64,000 nucleotides of DNA from Bacteroidota bacterium (GTDB taxonomy: Bacteria; Bacteroidota; Bacteroidia; Flavobacteriales_C; GCA-002722245): NCBI GenBank assembly GCA_026390935.1, contig JAPLEZ010000145.1, positions 51,123 through 115,122 of the forward strand, in the 5' to 3' direction. Made by a program: the position numbers and the translations under genes. The notes beneath the pieces were generated by a model, which was not told the DNA's origin, ran no database searches, and saw only the letters and a program-made list of their open reading frames with translations. Shown here piece after piece: positions 56,969 through 64,000 of the stretch. Position 1 is the first letter of the stretch, and each line of letters starts with the position of its first letter.

Positions 56969-57333
56969 TTTAAAATTCCTTTTTTAATCACGTAAATAAA
57001 GCCTAAAAGCACAGCCGAAAGGAAAATCAACATTTCCCAAAAGGCATCAATTCCATTGACAATATTCTCTTTAAAGTTCACTGCCCATGGGAACATGAAA
57101 ATGATTTCCACATCAAACAGAACAAATAAAATAGCGACTAAAAAATATTTTACAGAAAAAGGAGTTCGGGCATTGCCATGGACTTCGATACCACACTCGA
57201 AAGTCTCGAGCTTATCAGCAGTTTTTCTTTTCGGTCCGAGGAAGTGAGTTACAACTATGGTAGCTCCTACAAAGCCCAGTATTACTACTAGCTGCATTAA
57301 AATCGGCAAATAATCAACAGGAGTACTATCCAT
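56959..57333 (-). CDS. nuoA: NADH-quinone oxidoreductase subunit A
   Basis: 124 aa, 3 TM helices, FECG and [15 protein letters not shown] motifs. First gene of the operon. Confidence 0.9.
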   Translation of the reverse strand: MDSTPVDYLPILMQLVVILGFVGATIVVTHFLGPKRKTADKLETFECGIEVHGNARTPFSVKYFLVAILFVLFDVEIIFMFPWAVNFKENIVNGIDAFWEMLIFLSAVLLGFIYVIKKGILKWE

Positions 57334-57396
57334 TTCTCAAAGTTGTTTGAATTATTAACGAAGTCCCAAGTGTAAAAAAAATCTCCCTCTCTCGCG

Positions 57397-57404
57397 CAAA
57401 TATA
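57397..57404 (-). promoter_or_regulatory. putative -7 box (TAtaTTTG) for the nuo operon
   Basis: The reverse complement reads TATATTTG, 64 nt upstream of the nuoA ATG. Confidence 0.4.
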
Positions 57405-57444
57405 ATGGATATTTTTACAAAATGGGTTGTTGAAAAGAGGGAAT

Positions 57445-57685
57445 TTTAGTCTTCTTTGAAAAGAAGCAAATCGATACTTTTTGTCTTGAAACAAAAAGTA
57501 TCCAAAAAATTCAAGAGCTAAGAGATGCTGCCATCACACAAAAATCTTTCGCGCGCTCGCCTCTTAGCTCAGGCTTTCGCACGAAGTTACCTGACCACGT
57601 ACAACAACCTCATCGAAAAATGCAATGAGAATGGGCTTCTCCCTTTGAAAAAAGGGAGAGTGTGATGGCGGAATAGTGTGATTGC
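57445..57685. repeat. structured intergenic repeat, copy 1 (core 57445-57589; distal AGTGTGAT motifs to 57685)
   Basis: About 90 nt are near-identical to 60586-60673, including a 12-bp hairpin GATACTTTTTGT/ACAAAAAGTATC (57473-57502). A long-range stem GAGCTAAGAG (57515-57524) / CTCTTAGCTC (57561-57570) is followed by the conserved tail GGCTTTCGCACGAAGTTA. Confidence 0.85.
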
Positions 57686-57694
57686 AAGAGGGAT

Positions 57695-58363
57695 TTAAAA
57701 AGTATTCCTCCTCTTCGAATCCACCACATAAACCCTAAAAAAAGGCATGATCTCCTCCGTTCCATCCGGAAACTGGCATTTCACATTGTAAAACCACATC
57801 ATGGATCCATCCTGCAAAGTGTTGGCGTACTTGCGCATGGGAGCAGTGAGCGAGCTGCTGTTAGAAAAAAGAGTGTCGGTATCGGTGCGCACTTCAAACG
57901 ACTGGATTTGGATGACTTTGCCCAGTTCGTGCGAAGTGGCGCTGAGGTTTGCGGAAACCAGTTTGGCTTTGGTGATGGCGTAATCTTTTTCAACGCCGCC
58001 AACAGAAAGCGTAGGCATGGGAATCACTTGGTACTTCAATACTTTGGCGATGAACTCTTGTCCGCCAGGAGTTTTGGCGTACACATTCACTAGGATTTGC
58101 TCGCTCTGTCCGGTAGAGATTTTATACAACCCACCTGCCTGCGTTTCAACACTGGCACCACTTACCGCAACTCTCGTCACCGTGTTGGCGCCAGAAGCCG
58201 TGATGCGAAAGGTTTTACTTTTTCCCAACAATATGAAGCTGGTGCTTGGTGTCACCTTTATTTTTGAATCGTTTTTGATTTTGAATACCAAATCCTTCTC
58301 GTCCTTTTGAGCATAAACGGTAGAAAACAAAAGGGAAAATACTGCAAGAGTGATGAACTTCAT
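57695..58363 (-). CDS. secreted protein, unknown function (weak resemblance to GldM C-terminal Ig-like domains)
   Basis: The ATG at 58363 gives the signal peptide MKFITLAVFSLLFSTVYAQ. Beta-rich sequence. The GldM-like pattern (YQVIPMPTLSVGG...SFEV) is from memory only. Confidence 0.55.
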   Translation of the reverse strand: MKFITLAVFSLLFSTVYAQKDEKDLVFKIKNDSKIKVTPSTSFILLGKSKTFRITASGANTVTRVAVSGASVETQAGGLYKISTGQSEQILVNVYAKTPGGQEFIAKVLKYQVIPMPTLSVGGVEKDYAITKAKLVSANLSATSHELGKVIQIQSFEVRTDTDTLFSNSSSLTAPMRKYANTLQDGSMMWFYNVKCQFPDGTEEIMPFFRVYVVDSKRRNTF

Positions 58364-58367
58364 AGAT

Positions 58368-59948
58368 CTAAAAATTAAAGAATTTCTTAATTCCAACAGC
58401 CGATGGATCAGCAATGGTTAAGGGTGTCATGGCAAAATCAACCTTGTCATCCCCTGAACCAATGGAGCCGAAATTATCGAAATATCGTATTTGTCCGATG
58501 GAATCCACACTGATAATCAAGTTAGAATTTTTAGGATTGAATGGAAAGGTTTTAAAGAAAGAATCATAAATGGTGTACATTTTTTTATTGTTTCTTTCCA
58601 CCAGATACACTTGGGTTAAAGACAAATTTCCTTCTTTCGATTTAAAATGCGCATTCACGATTTGCTCGGTAGGCAAGGTTTTCGGACAATCGCAGTTGTA
58701 AGTCCCAAACTTACTCACGGTGAAAGCACGCAAAACTTCGTGCTCCATTCCTCCCACTTCTTCGTCCTCGGCAATCAATGGTTTTTCTTTCACCTGAATG
58801 GCAATGATGTCTTCTACCTTTTTCTTGGCAGCCTCCAATATCTTTGTTTTTTCACTTAAAGCCAGAGTAATTGAATCCATTCTTCTGTTGTAGGCGCTGA
58901 TGCCAAAATCAAATTTTCGCTTTTCATCACTGTAGTTTTTTCCACTGTATACCGGCACTCCTTCAACAGCGTAGGTTGTTCCTCCTTTGTAAAAAGTGAT
59001 GATGTATTTTTCTTTTTCCTTTTTCACCGCAGCATATTCCCACACTAAATTGGCTTTGCGCGGATCGAAATTAGAATTGGGCAAAACTTCAAACTTGAGG
59101 TTTTTGAAAGTAGCCAGTTCGGGCATTTCCACTGGATCAACATCAATACTCACCCTATAATTTTCCTTGTTTTCTTCTTTGGGAAGAATGGGTTTTTCCT
59201 TATCTATATTGGCTTGTACAGATTTTAATGACGCGACTTGATCCTTGGTACTCGACATTTTTCCACTGAATTCAATATGCAATTTCTTCAGCATTTTTTC
59301 CTTGCTAAAATTGGCTGGAGTTTTATCTCTCGCCAAAAATTCCCAGTTTTTTTTCTCCTTGTTGTATTCATATAAATTGTAATCGGTACCGTTCTTTTTT
59401 GAGTTAAGGATAACACGAAGAGGCGCATGAGGATTGATTTTCACGTTGGCATCAACAGCATTGATTTCAAACATTCCCGCCGATTCAAAATGGTATTGTG
59501 TGCCAGCAGAATCATAAGTCATGGGAATACCAGAAATAATTTGCTCCAGCGGATCATGGTATTCTTTGAAAGACAATTCCACTCCCGATTTTATCACTTG
59601 TCCGTTTTGATCTACAAAAGAATTTTCATCAATTACAATCAGACTTCCATTTTTGGTTTCTATCACAGAATTGTTGCTGGCAGTGATTTTTTCAGCATCG
59701 GGAGTGATCATGGCGATGGTCACAATTTTTTCTTTTCGCGCAGCAAAAATACCGTCGGATCCTGAGAAATAAATCACCGCAGCAGTAGATGCGAGAATTA
59801 CACCTGCTATTCCTCCTACCCACTTGAAATTCACTCTTGATGAGGCTTTCAAGATAGATGCCTTTTTTAAAACGCCATCGAAATCTTTGTATTTCAAAGC
59901 ATCACTATCGGCGATTTCTCTTTCTTTTGTTTCAATTTTATTCTTCAT
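58368..59948 (-). CDS. single-pass membrane protein, candidate non-canonical anti-sigma factor
   Basis: 526 aa: a cytoplasmic N-terminus of about 45 aa, one TM segment (WVGGIAGVILASTAAVIYF) and a large extracytoplasmic region. 4-nt overlap with the ECF sigma gene. No zf-HC2 motif. Confidence 0.6.
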   Translation of the reverse strand: MKNKIETKEREIADSDALKYKDFDGVLKKASILKASSRVNFKWVGGIAGVILASTAAVIYFSGSDGIFAARKEKIVTIAMITPDAEKITASNNSVIETKNGSLIVIDENSFVDQNGQVIKSGVELSFKEYHDPLEQIISGIPMTYDSAGTQYHFESAGMFEINAVDANVKINPHAPLRVILNSKKNGTDYNLYEYNKEKKNWEFLARDKTPANFSKEKMLKKLHIEFSGKMSSTKDQVASLKSVQANIDKEKPILPKEENKENYRVSIDVDPVEMPELATFKNLKFEVLPNSNFDPRKANLVWEYAAVKKEKEKYIITFYKGGTTYAVEGVPVYSGKNYSDEKRKFDFGISAYNRRMDSITLALSEKTKILEAAKKKVEDIIAIQVKEKPLIAEDEEVGGMEHEVLRAFTVSKFGTYNCDCPKTLPTEQIVNAHFKSKEGNLSLTQVYLVERNNKKMYTIYDSFFKTFPFNPKNSNLIISVDSIGQIRYFDNFGSIGSGDDKVDFAMTPLTIADPSAVGIKKFFNF

Positions 59949-60520
59949 AACTCACCCATTTTGTTCACCGTTTCTTTCAGTTTTTTTATCACGCGAAAAG
60001 TCTTAACCCTTGCGTTTTCTTCTGATATATTGAGGATTGCTGCTATTTCTTTATGTGACAATTGCTGGAAAAATTTCATTTCTACCAATTCTAATTCTTC
60101 AGGCGCAAGCTCTTCCAAAGCTTTTTTCATTTTTTCGAAAAGCTCTTCTTTATTCACGCTGTCGATCTCTTCTGTGAAATGACGCAGTTTGTCTTCTTCC
60201 ACAAAAACGGTGTTTTGTATTTTCTGCTTGCGGAAATGCTGCAGCATTTCGTTGCGTGCAATTCCATACAACCACGACACAAAAGGAACCTCTTTGTACT
60301 TGTACTTTTTTATGTTCACCAAAGCCTTTGCAAACACATCAGATGTGATTTCAGCGGTTTCATGTTCCATCCGGATGCGGTTGAAAATGTACTTGAAAAT
60401 AGGCAGGAAATATCGCCCGTATAGTTTTTCAAAATGGCGGGGATCCTCTATCGCCTGTGCGACCAAGTCTCTTTCCTCTTCCATTCTTTGCTGAGCAATG
60501 TGATAGTTGTTTCCCTGCAT
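59945..60520 (-). CDS. RNA polymerase sigma-70 family ECF sigma factor
   Basis: 191 aa with region 2 (FEKLYGRYFLPIFKY..., SWLYGIARN) and region 4 HTH (LSHKEIAAILNISEENARVKTFRVIKKL). Confidence 0.85.
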   Translation of the reverse strand: MQGNNYHIAQQRMEEERDLVAQAIEDPRHFEKLYGRYFLPIFKYIFNRIRMEHETAEITSDVFAKALVNIKKYKYKEVPFVSWLYGIARNEMLQHFRKQKIQNTVFVEEDKLRHFTEEIDSVNKEELFEKMKKALEELAPEELELVEMKFFQQLSHKEIAAILNISEENARVKTFRVIKKLKETVNKMGEL

Positions 60521-60575
60521 AGATTATCGTTTCTGAAGGTAATATTACAGAAGAATGGATTCGTTACAAGGGAAA

Positions 60576-60583
60576 CAAAAATA
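60576..60583 (-). promoter_or_regulatory. putative -7 box (TAttTTTG) for the ECF sigma operon
   Basis: The reverse complement reads TATTTTTG, 56 nt upstream of the ATG at 60520, directly abutting repeat copy 2. Confidence 0.35.
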
Positions 60584-60585
60584 AT

Positions 60586-60788
60586 TTTCGTCTTTTTTTA
60601 TAAGAAGCAAATTGATACTTTTTGTCTTGAAACAAAAAGTATCCAAAAAATTCAAGAGCCAAGAGATGCTGCCCTCGCACCTCGAAAAATTTCTTAACGG
60701 CCATCAGGCCTAAAATTTTTCTCCCGCCACCGCTGGCCCGCATCTTGGCTCAAGCCTTCGCACGAAGTTAGTGATGCTAGTGTGATGA
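60586..60788. repeat. structured intergenic repeat, copy 2
   Basis: Same orientation as copy 1. Hairpin at 60614-60643. The long-range stem GAGCCAAG..ATGC (60656-60669) / GCATCTTGGCTC (60740-60751) encloses a longer insert with its own nested hairpin. The tail AGCCTTCGCACGAAGTTA ends at 60770. Confidence 0.85.
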
Positions 60789-60789
60789 A

Positions 60790-61338
60790 TTAATCCCGCA
60801 GTGCTCTTGCAACACTGATTAAAAAAGGAGAGGTCATGAAAAGAATGACTAAGCTCATCCCAATAGCACTGCCTTCGTCGCCACTACTAAATCCTATTGC
60901 AGGCACACCAAGTATAATGAAGAGTGCGAATCCAATGCAAAGTGTCCAAACTGTTTTTGGAAATAGTTCTGTGATTTTAAATACACCACGATTGTAAATA
61001 AAGGTTTCAAGCGTGTCCTCGTAGCTTATTTGTGAATATTGAAGTGCTCTTTCCCTCGCTTTTTTCTTTTCAGCCTCTGTCCATTCTCTAGGTCTTCTTT
61101 TTTTATTTTTTTCGGGACTATAAAATTTTTGGCTTTTATCACTGTATATCTTCCCTGTTTTCGTTTTTACCAAAAACTCATAGGCTTCATTGATCTCAAT
61201 GAATAGCTCTTGTGCGTTGGGACTTTTATTGACATCGGGATGGCTTTCTTTGGCCTTTTGGCGATAAGCTTTCCTGATTTTTTCTAAATCAGCGTTGGTT
61301 GGAATACCTAAGATTGCATAGGCCTGTGAGGAAGTCAT
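60790..61338 (-). CDS. J-domain (DnaJ-like) membrane protein
   Basis: YAILGIP...KAYRQKAKESHPDVN (HPD motif), a basic linker, and two C-terminal TM helices. Confidence 0.8.
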   Translation of the reverse strand: MTSSQAYAILGIPTNADLEKIRKAYRQKAKESHPDVNKSPNAQELFIEINEAYEFLVKTKTGKIYSDKSQKFYSPEKNKKRRPREWTEAEKKKARERALQYSQISYEDTLETFIYNRGVFKITELFPKTVWTLCIGFALFIILGVPAIGFSSGDEGSAIGMSLVILFMTSPFLISVARALRD

Positions 61339-61345
61339 TTTTTAT

Positions 61346-61843
61346 TTACTTCTTTTTGAAAACCGGAACAGTACTACAAGCCTCCCCAAACATCAAACTC
61401 TTCACCACCGGTTGAAGTTTTAAAGTAATCGACATATAAGCCGATTCAGGAACGTGTAGTTTGCCACAGCCTTTAACAATCACGCGCGCATCACGGAATT
61501 CTTCAGCGTTGATGCTTTCAATGGCGATGCGTAGCAATGCGCCTTCCAAATGTGATTTGTTGCCACGGATTAAAACCTTTGCATAAGGCTGTAGTGCTGA
61601 AGACAGCAACATATAAGCCCACAGCGGAATAATCGCATCGGCTGTGTTGGTTAATGCAACGAATTTATTTTGGTAAGTTGACCAATCGGTATTGGCTATT
61701 TTATCGCGAAAATCCTTTTCGCGCAGCATGATTCCTTCGTATAAAAAGTCTTTTAAATCAACCACCACGCGCTCTCCCTTCGGGATATAATCCTGAAGAT
61801 CCAGTTGAATCAAACCGCTGTTGTCGACTTTATTTTCAATCAT
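61346..61843 (-). CDS. DUF2480-like protein
   Basis: 165 aa. Sequence and position beside suf genes match my memory of DUF2480 in Bacteroidota. Confidence 0.5.
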   Translation of the reverse strand: MIENKVDNSGLIQLDLQDYIPKGERVVVDLKDFLYEGIMLREKDFRDKIANTDWSTYQNKFVALTNTADAIIPLWAYMLLSSALQPYAKVLIRGNKSHLEGALLRIAIESINAEEFRDARVIVKGCGKLHVPESAYMSITLKLQPVVKSLMFGEACSTVPVFKKK

Positions 61844-61866
61844 TTTGTTGTATTTGCGGCCCCAAT

Positions 61867-61977
61867 TAGATCCTGAAACAAGTTCAGGATGACATTAGTG
61901 GTCCATTTCCTAAAATATATTTTTCTTCTTTTCGAGTATCGTTCACATTTGTCATCCTGAACTTGTTTCAGGATCTA
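61867..61977. repeat. REPIN-like element, copy 2 (28-bp perfect terminal inverted repeats, interior inverted relative to copy 1)
   Basis: TAGATCCTGAAACAAGTTCAGGATGACA (61867-61894) is the exact reverse complement of 61950-61977. The interior aligns to the reverse complement of the copy 1 interior. The right arm overlaps the stop codon of the DUF59 gene. Confidence 0.9.
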
Positions 61978-62286
61978 AATCATTCCCAATTCTATTTGCG
62001 CTTCTTCGCTCATCATGCTTTTTTCCCAAGTGGGTTCAAAAGTGATTTCCAGATCAAAGCCCTTTACTTCTTCCAATCCCTTTACTTTTTGCTCTACCTC
62101 TGCGGGAAGCGATTCTGCTGCCGGACAGTTCGGAGAAGTCAATGTCATGATGATCTTCACTTCAAATTCATCGTTGATTTGAATTTCGTAGATCAATCCC
62201 AACTCGTAAATATCCACCGGAATCTCGGGATCGTACACGGTTTTGAGCACCGCTACAATTTTATTTTCAAGCTCTTTCTTTTCCAT
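61975..62286 (-). CDS. DUF59 / SufT-like Fe-S assembly protein
   Basis: VYDPEIPVDIYELGLIY motif and LTSPNCP Cys motif, 103 aa. Confidence 0.8.
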   Translation of the reverse strand: MEKKELENKIVAVLKTVYDPEIPVDIYELGLIYEIQINDEFEVKIIMTLTSPNCPAAESLPAEVEQKVKGLEEVKGFDLEITFEPTWEKSMMSEEAQIELGMI

Positions 62287-62288
62287 AA

Positions 62289-62705
62289 CTATTTCGCGCT
62301 ATATGCTGCTGCGTAAGTCTTCATTTTTTGTATCATGCTCACCAAACCATTGCTGCGGTTGGGCGACAAGTGTTCTTTCAAGCCAATCTTATTGATAAAA
62401 TCCAAATCCGTTTTCGCTACTTCAATTGCTGGTTGATTGGATAAAACTTTTACCAACAAGGCAATTATTCCTTTGGTAATGATGGCATCACTGTCAGCAG
62501 TGAATACAATATTTGCACCTTGTTTTTCGGCGTGAAGCCAAACTCTAGACTGACAGCCACGCACCAAATGTTCTTCCGTTTTGTATTGATCAGAAATCAA
62601 CGGCAATTCCCTTCCCAAGGAAATAATGTATTCGTACTTGTCTTCCCAATCGGAGAACAAATCGAAGTCTTCAATGATTTCCTTTTCGTTATCAACTATA
62701 CTCAT
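62289..62705 (-). CDS. sufE: SufE family sulfur acceptor protein
   Basis: VRGCQSRVW active-site Cys motif, 138 aa. Confidence 0.85.
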   Translation of the reverse strand: MSIVDNEKEIIEDFDLFSDWEDKYEYIISLGRELPLISDQYKTEEHLVRGCQSRVWLHAEKQGANIVFTADSDAIITKGIIALLVKVLSNQPAIEVAKTDLDFINKIGLKEHLSPNRSNGLVSMIQKMKTYAAAYSAK

Positions 62706-63898
62706 CTCAGCATTTTTAATGAGCGTTTTAACGCATCAATAAATATTTTAACCTCGTCTTTGGTGTTGTAAAAAGCAAAGGAAGCGCGTGCGGTTCCCGA
62801 AATATCAAAACGATGCATGAGCGGTTCCGTGCAATGGTGGCCAGTGCGGATAGCGATCCCCATTTGATCCAGCAAAGTGCCAATATCATAATGGTGTGCG
62901 CCTTCTACCACAAAAGATAAAACACCAGCTTTGTGCTTTGCTTCACCAATCACTTTTACGCCTTCAATTTTTTTGATCTCTTCTGTGGCGTAAGCGAGCA
63001 ATTCTTCTTCGTGCTTTGCCGCCCAATCCCAGTCGATTTTATTTAAATATTCCACAGCAGCGCCTAATGCAATTCCTTCTGAAATGGCCGGAGTTCCTGC
63101 TTCAAACTTGTGTGGTAAATCGTTGTAAGTTGTTTTTTCGAAAGTAACGTGTTTGATCATGTCGCCGCCGCCTTGATATGGAGGCATGGCATTTAACAAA
63201 TCACGCTTGCCATATAGAATGCCGATTCCTGTAGGTCCGTACATTTTGTGTGCAGAAAAAGCATAAAAATCGCAGTCTAGTTTTTGAACATCAACCTTCA
63301 TGTGAGGCACAGCCTGTGCGCCATCCAGCAATACTTTAACTCCTAAGGCATGTGCTAAAGCAATAATTTCCTCAACAGGATTTATTGTGCCTAGTGTGTT
63401 GGAAACATGCGTGATTGCTACTAGTTTGGTGTTTTTGGATAGTTTGGATTTGAAATCCTCCAGATCCAATTCACCATTGTCTTTCACTTTCACCACTTTC
63501 AAATTCACTTCGGCGAGTTGCCACGGAACGATATTGGAGTGGTGTTCCATTCCGGAGATGATCACCTCATCGCCTTTTTTTACAAAGGAATGCGCCACTA
63601 AATTGATGGATTCGGTAGTGCCGCGGGTGATAATTATTTCTTCGGAGTGCTGGGCATTGATGTATTTTTTTACTGCTTCACGCGCATCTTCATACGCCTG
63701 AGTTGCATTTTGACTTAAAGTATGAACGCCACGATGAATGTTGGCGTGCATGGTAGAATAATACTTAGAAATGGAATCAATTACTGCTTGCGGTTTTTGT
63801 GCCGATGCGCCATTATCAAAATACACCAAAGGCTTTCCATTAACTTGTGTGCTAAGGATAGGAAAGTCTTTTCGTATGTCCGTAACGTTGTTTTTCAT
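62702..63898 (-). CDS. sufS: cysteine desulfurase SufS (class V aminotransferase)
   Basis: IRKDFPIL, SAHKMYGPTGIG (PLP Lys) and RTGHHCTEP (catalytic Cys) motifs. ATG at 63898 is preferred over TTG at 63919. Confidence 0.9.
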   Translation of the reverse strand: MKNNVTDIRKDFPILSTQVNGKPLVYFDNGASAQKPQAVIDSISKYYSTMHANIHRGVHTLSQNATQAYEDAREAVKKYINAQHSEEIIITRGTTESINLVAHSFVKKGDEVIISGMEHHSNIVPWQLAEVNLKVVKVKDNGELDLEDFKSKLSKNTKLVAITHVSNTLGTINPVEEIIALAHALGVKVLLDGAQAVPHMKVDVQKLDCDFYAFSAHKMYGPTGIGILYGKRDLLNAMPPYQGGGDMIKHVTFEKTTYNDLPHKFEAGTPAISEGIALGAAVEYLNKIDWDWAAKHEEELLAYATEEIKKIEGVKVIGEAKHKAGVLSFVVEGAHHYDIGTLLDQMGIAIRTGHHCTEPLMHRFDISGTARASFAFYNTKDEVKIFIDALKRSLKMLR

Positions 63899-63930
63899 CT
63901 TTTCTGGCACGCGTTGCAAACGCGCGCGAG

Positions 63931-64000
63931 CTAATTTGATTTTCTTTCTATTTTCTTCTCAATAAATTCACGCACTACGCCATTTTCCACTTTGTCTAAA
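63931..64000 (-). CDS. 3' end of an upstream ORF cut by the window edge (SufD plausible from synteny only)
   Basis: The minus-strand frame is open from the window edge to the TAG at 63931-63933 (...LDKVENGVVREFIEKKIERKSN*). Only 22 codons are visible. Confidence 0.3.
   Translation of the reverse strand, partial: LDKVENGVVREFIEKKIERKSN

Noticed and set aside
57297-57494. 65-aa minus-strand ORF across repeat copy 1, and an 87-aa plus-strand ORF (60434-60697) across copy 2
   Set aside because: The two ORFs lie on opposite strands of the same repeat, so no reading frame is conserved between copies. The first also overlaps the nuoA start.
57641-57660. Hairpin CTCCCTT-TGAAAA-AAGGGAG downstream of the secreted-protein gene
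   Set aside because: It has no adjacent T-run on either strand. It may be part of the copy 1-specific insert of the structured repeat rather than a terminator.
63910-63924. Small GC-rich palindrome CGCGTT-GCA-AACGCG between the upstream ORF stop and the sufS start
   Set aside because: The stem is only 6 bp. It lies within an operon junction and is probably incidental.
1-64000. CRISPR arrays, IS elements, integrases, prophage or defence-island genes
   Set aside because: No short direct-repeat/spacer arrays were seen, and no ORF has transposase, integrase, nuclease/helicase or other defence-type motifs that I could recognise. The inverted repeats found are isolated doublets, not arrays.

Overview
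This window is a housekeeping-rich chromosomal segment of a Bacteroidota genome (Flavobacteriia/Sphingobacteriia-like). The phylum call rests on a PorW/SprE-like T9SS lipoprotein, a DUF4270-like neighbour of a short GlgA-like gene, TAnnTTTG -7 boxes upstream of many starts, and a flexirubin/aryl-polyene-type operon.

Gene content:
- The distal end of a type II FAS-like pigment (aryl polyene/flexirubin-type) operon at 1710-5627.
- gpsA, lysS, lipB, radA, panDC, an Fe/Mn SOD, pgk, holB, an OmpR/HisKA two-component system with a co-transcribed lipoprotein, an ALDH7-like dehydrogenase, rseP, dxr, a bacterial GH3 protein, a GT9 heptosyltransferase, an M23 peptidase, metG, an LD-carboxypeptidase and one tRNA(CAT).
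- A complete 14-gene nuoA-N operon at 44772-57333 on the minus strand.
- An ECF sigma operon and the tail of a suf operon (sufS, sufE, DUF59).

I see no CRISPR array, transposase, prophage or recognisable defence genes.

The least explained signal is non-coding. At least six intergenic regions carry long perfect palindromic or inverted-repeat elements.
- A REPIN-like element with 26-28 bp GTCATCCTGAAC... termini is present twice, in opposite orientations.
- There are also a 43-bp-arm relative, a 36-bp-arm relative and a CACAGAT-repeat element.
- Separately, a 150-200 nt element is present twice (upstream of nuoA and of the ECF sigma gene). Its predicted helices are preserved by one compensatory change and two G-U-compatible changes.

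Other points worth a second look are an AT-rich orphan gene at 41827-42531 and the uncharacterised sigma / single-pass membrane protein / secreted protein operon.

All protein family calls come from motifs recognised by eye, and no database search was possible.
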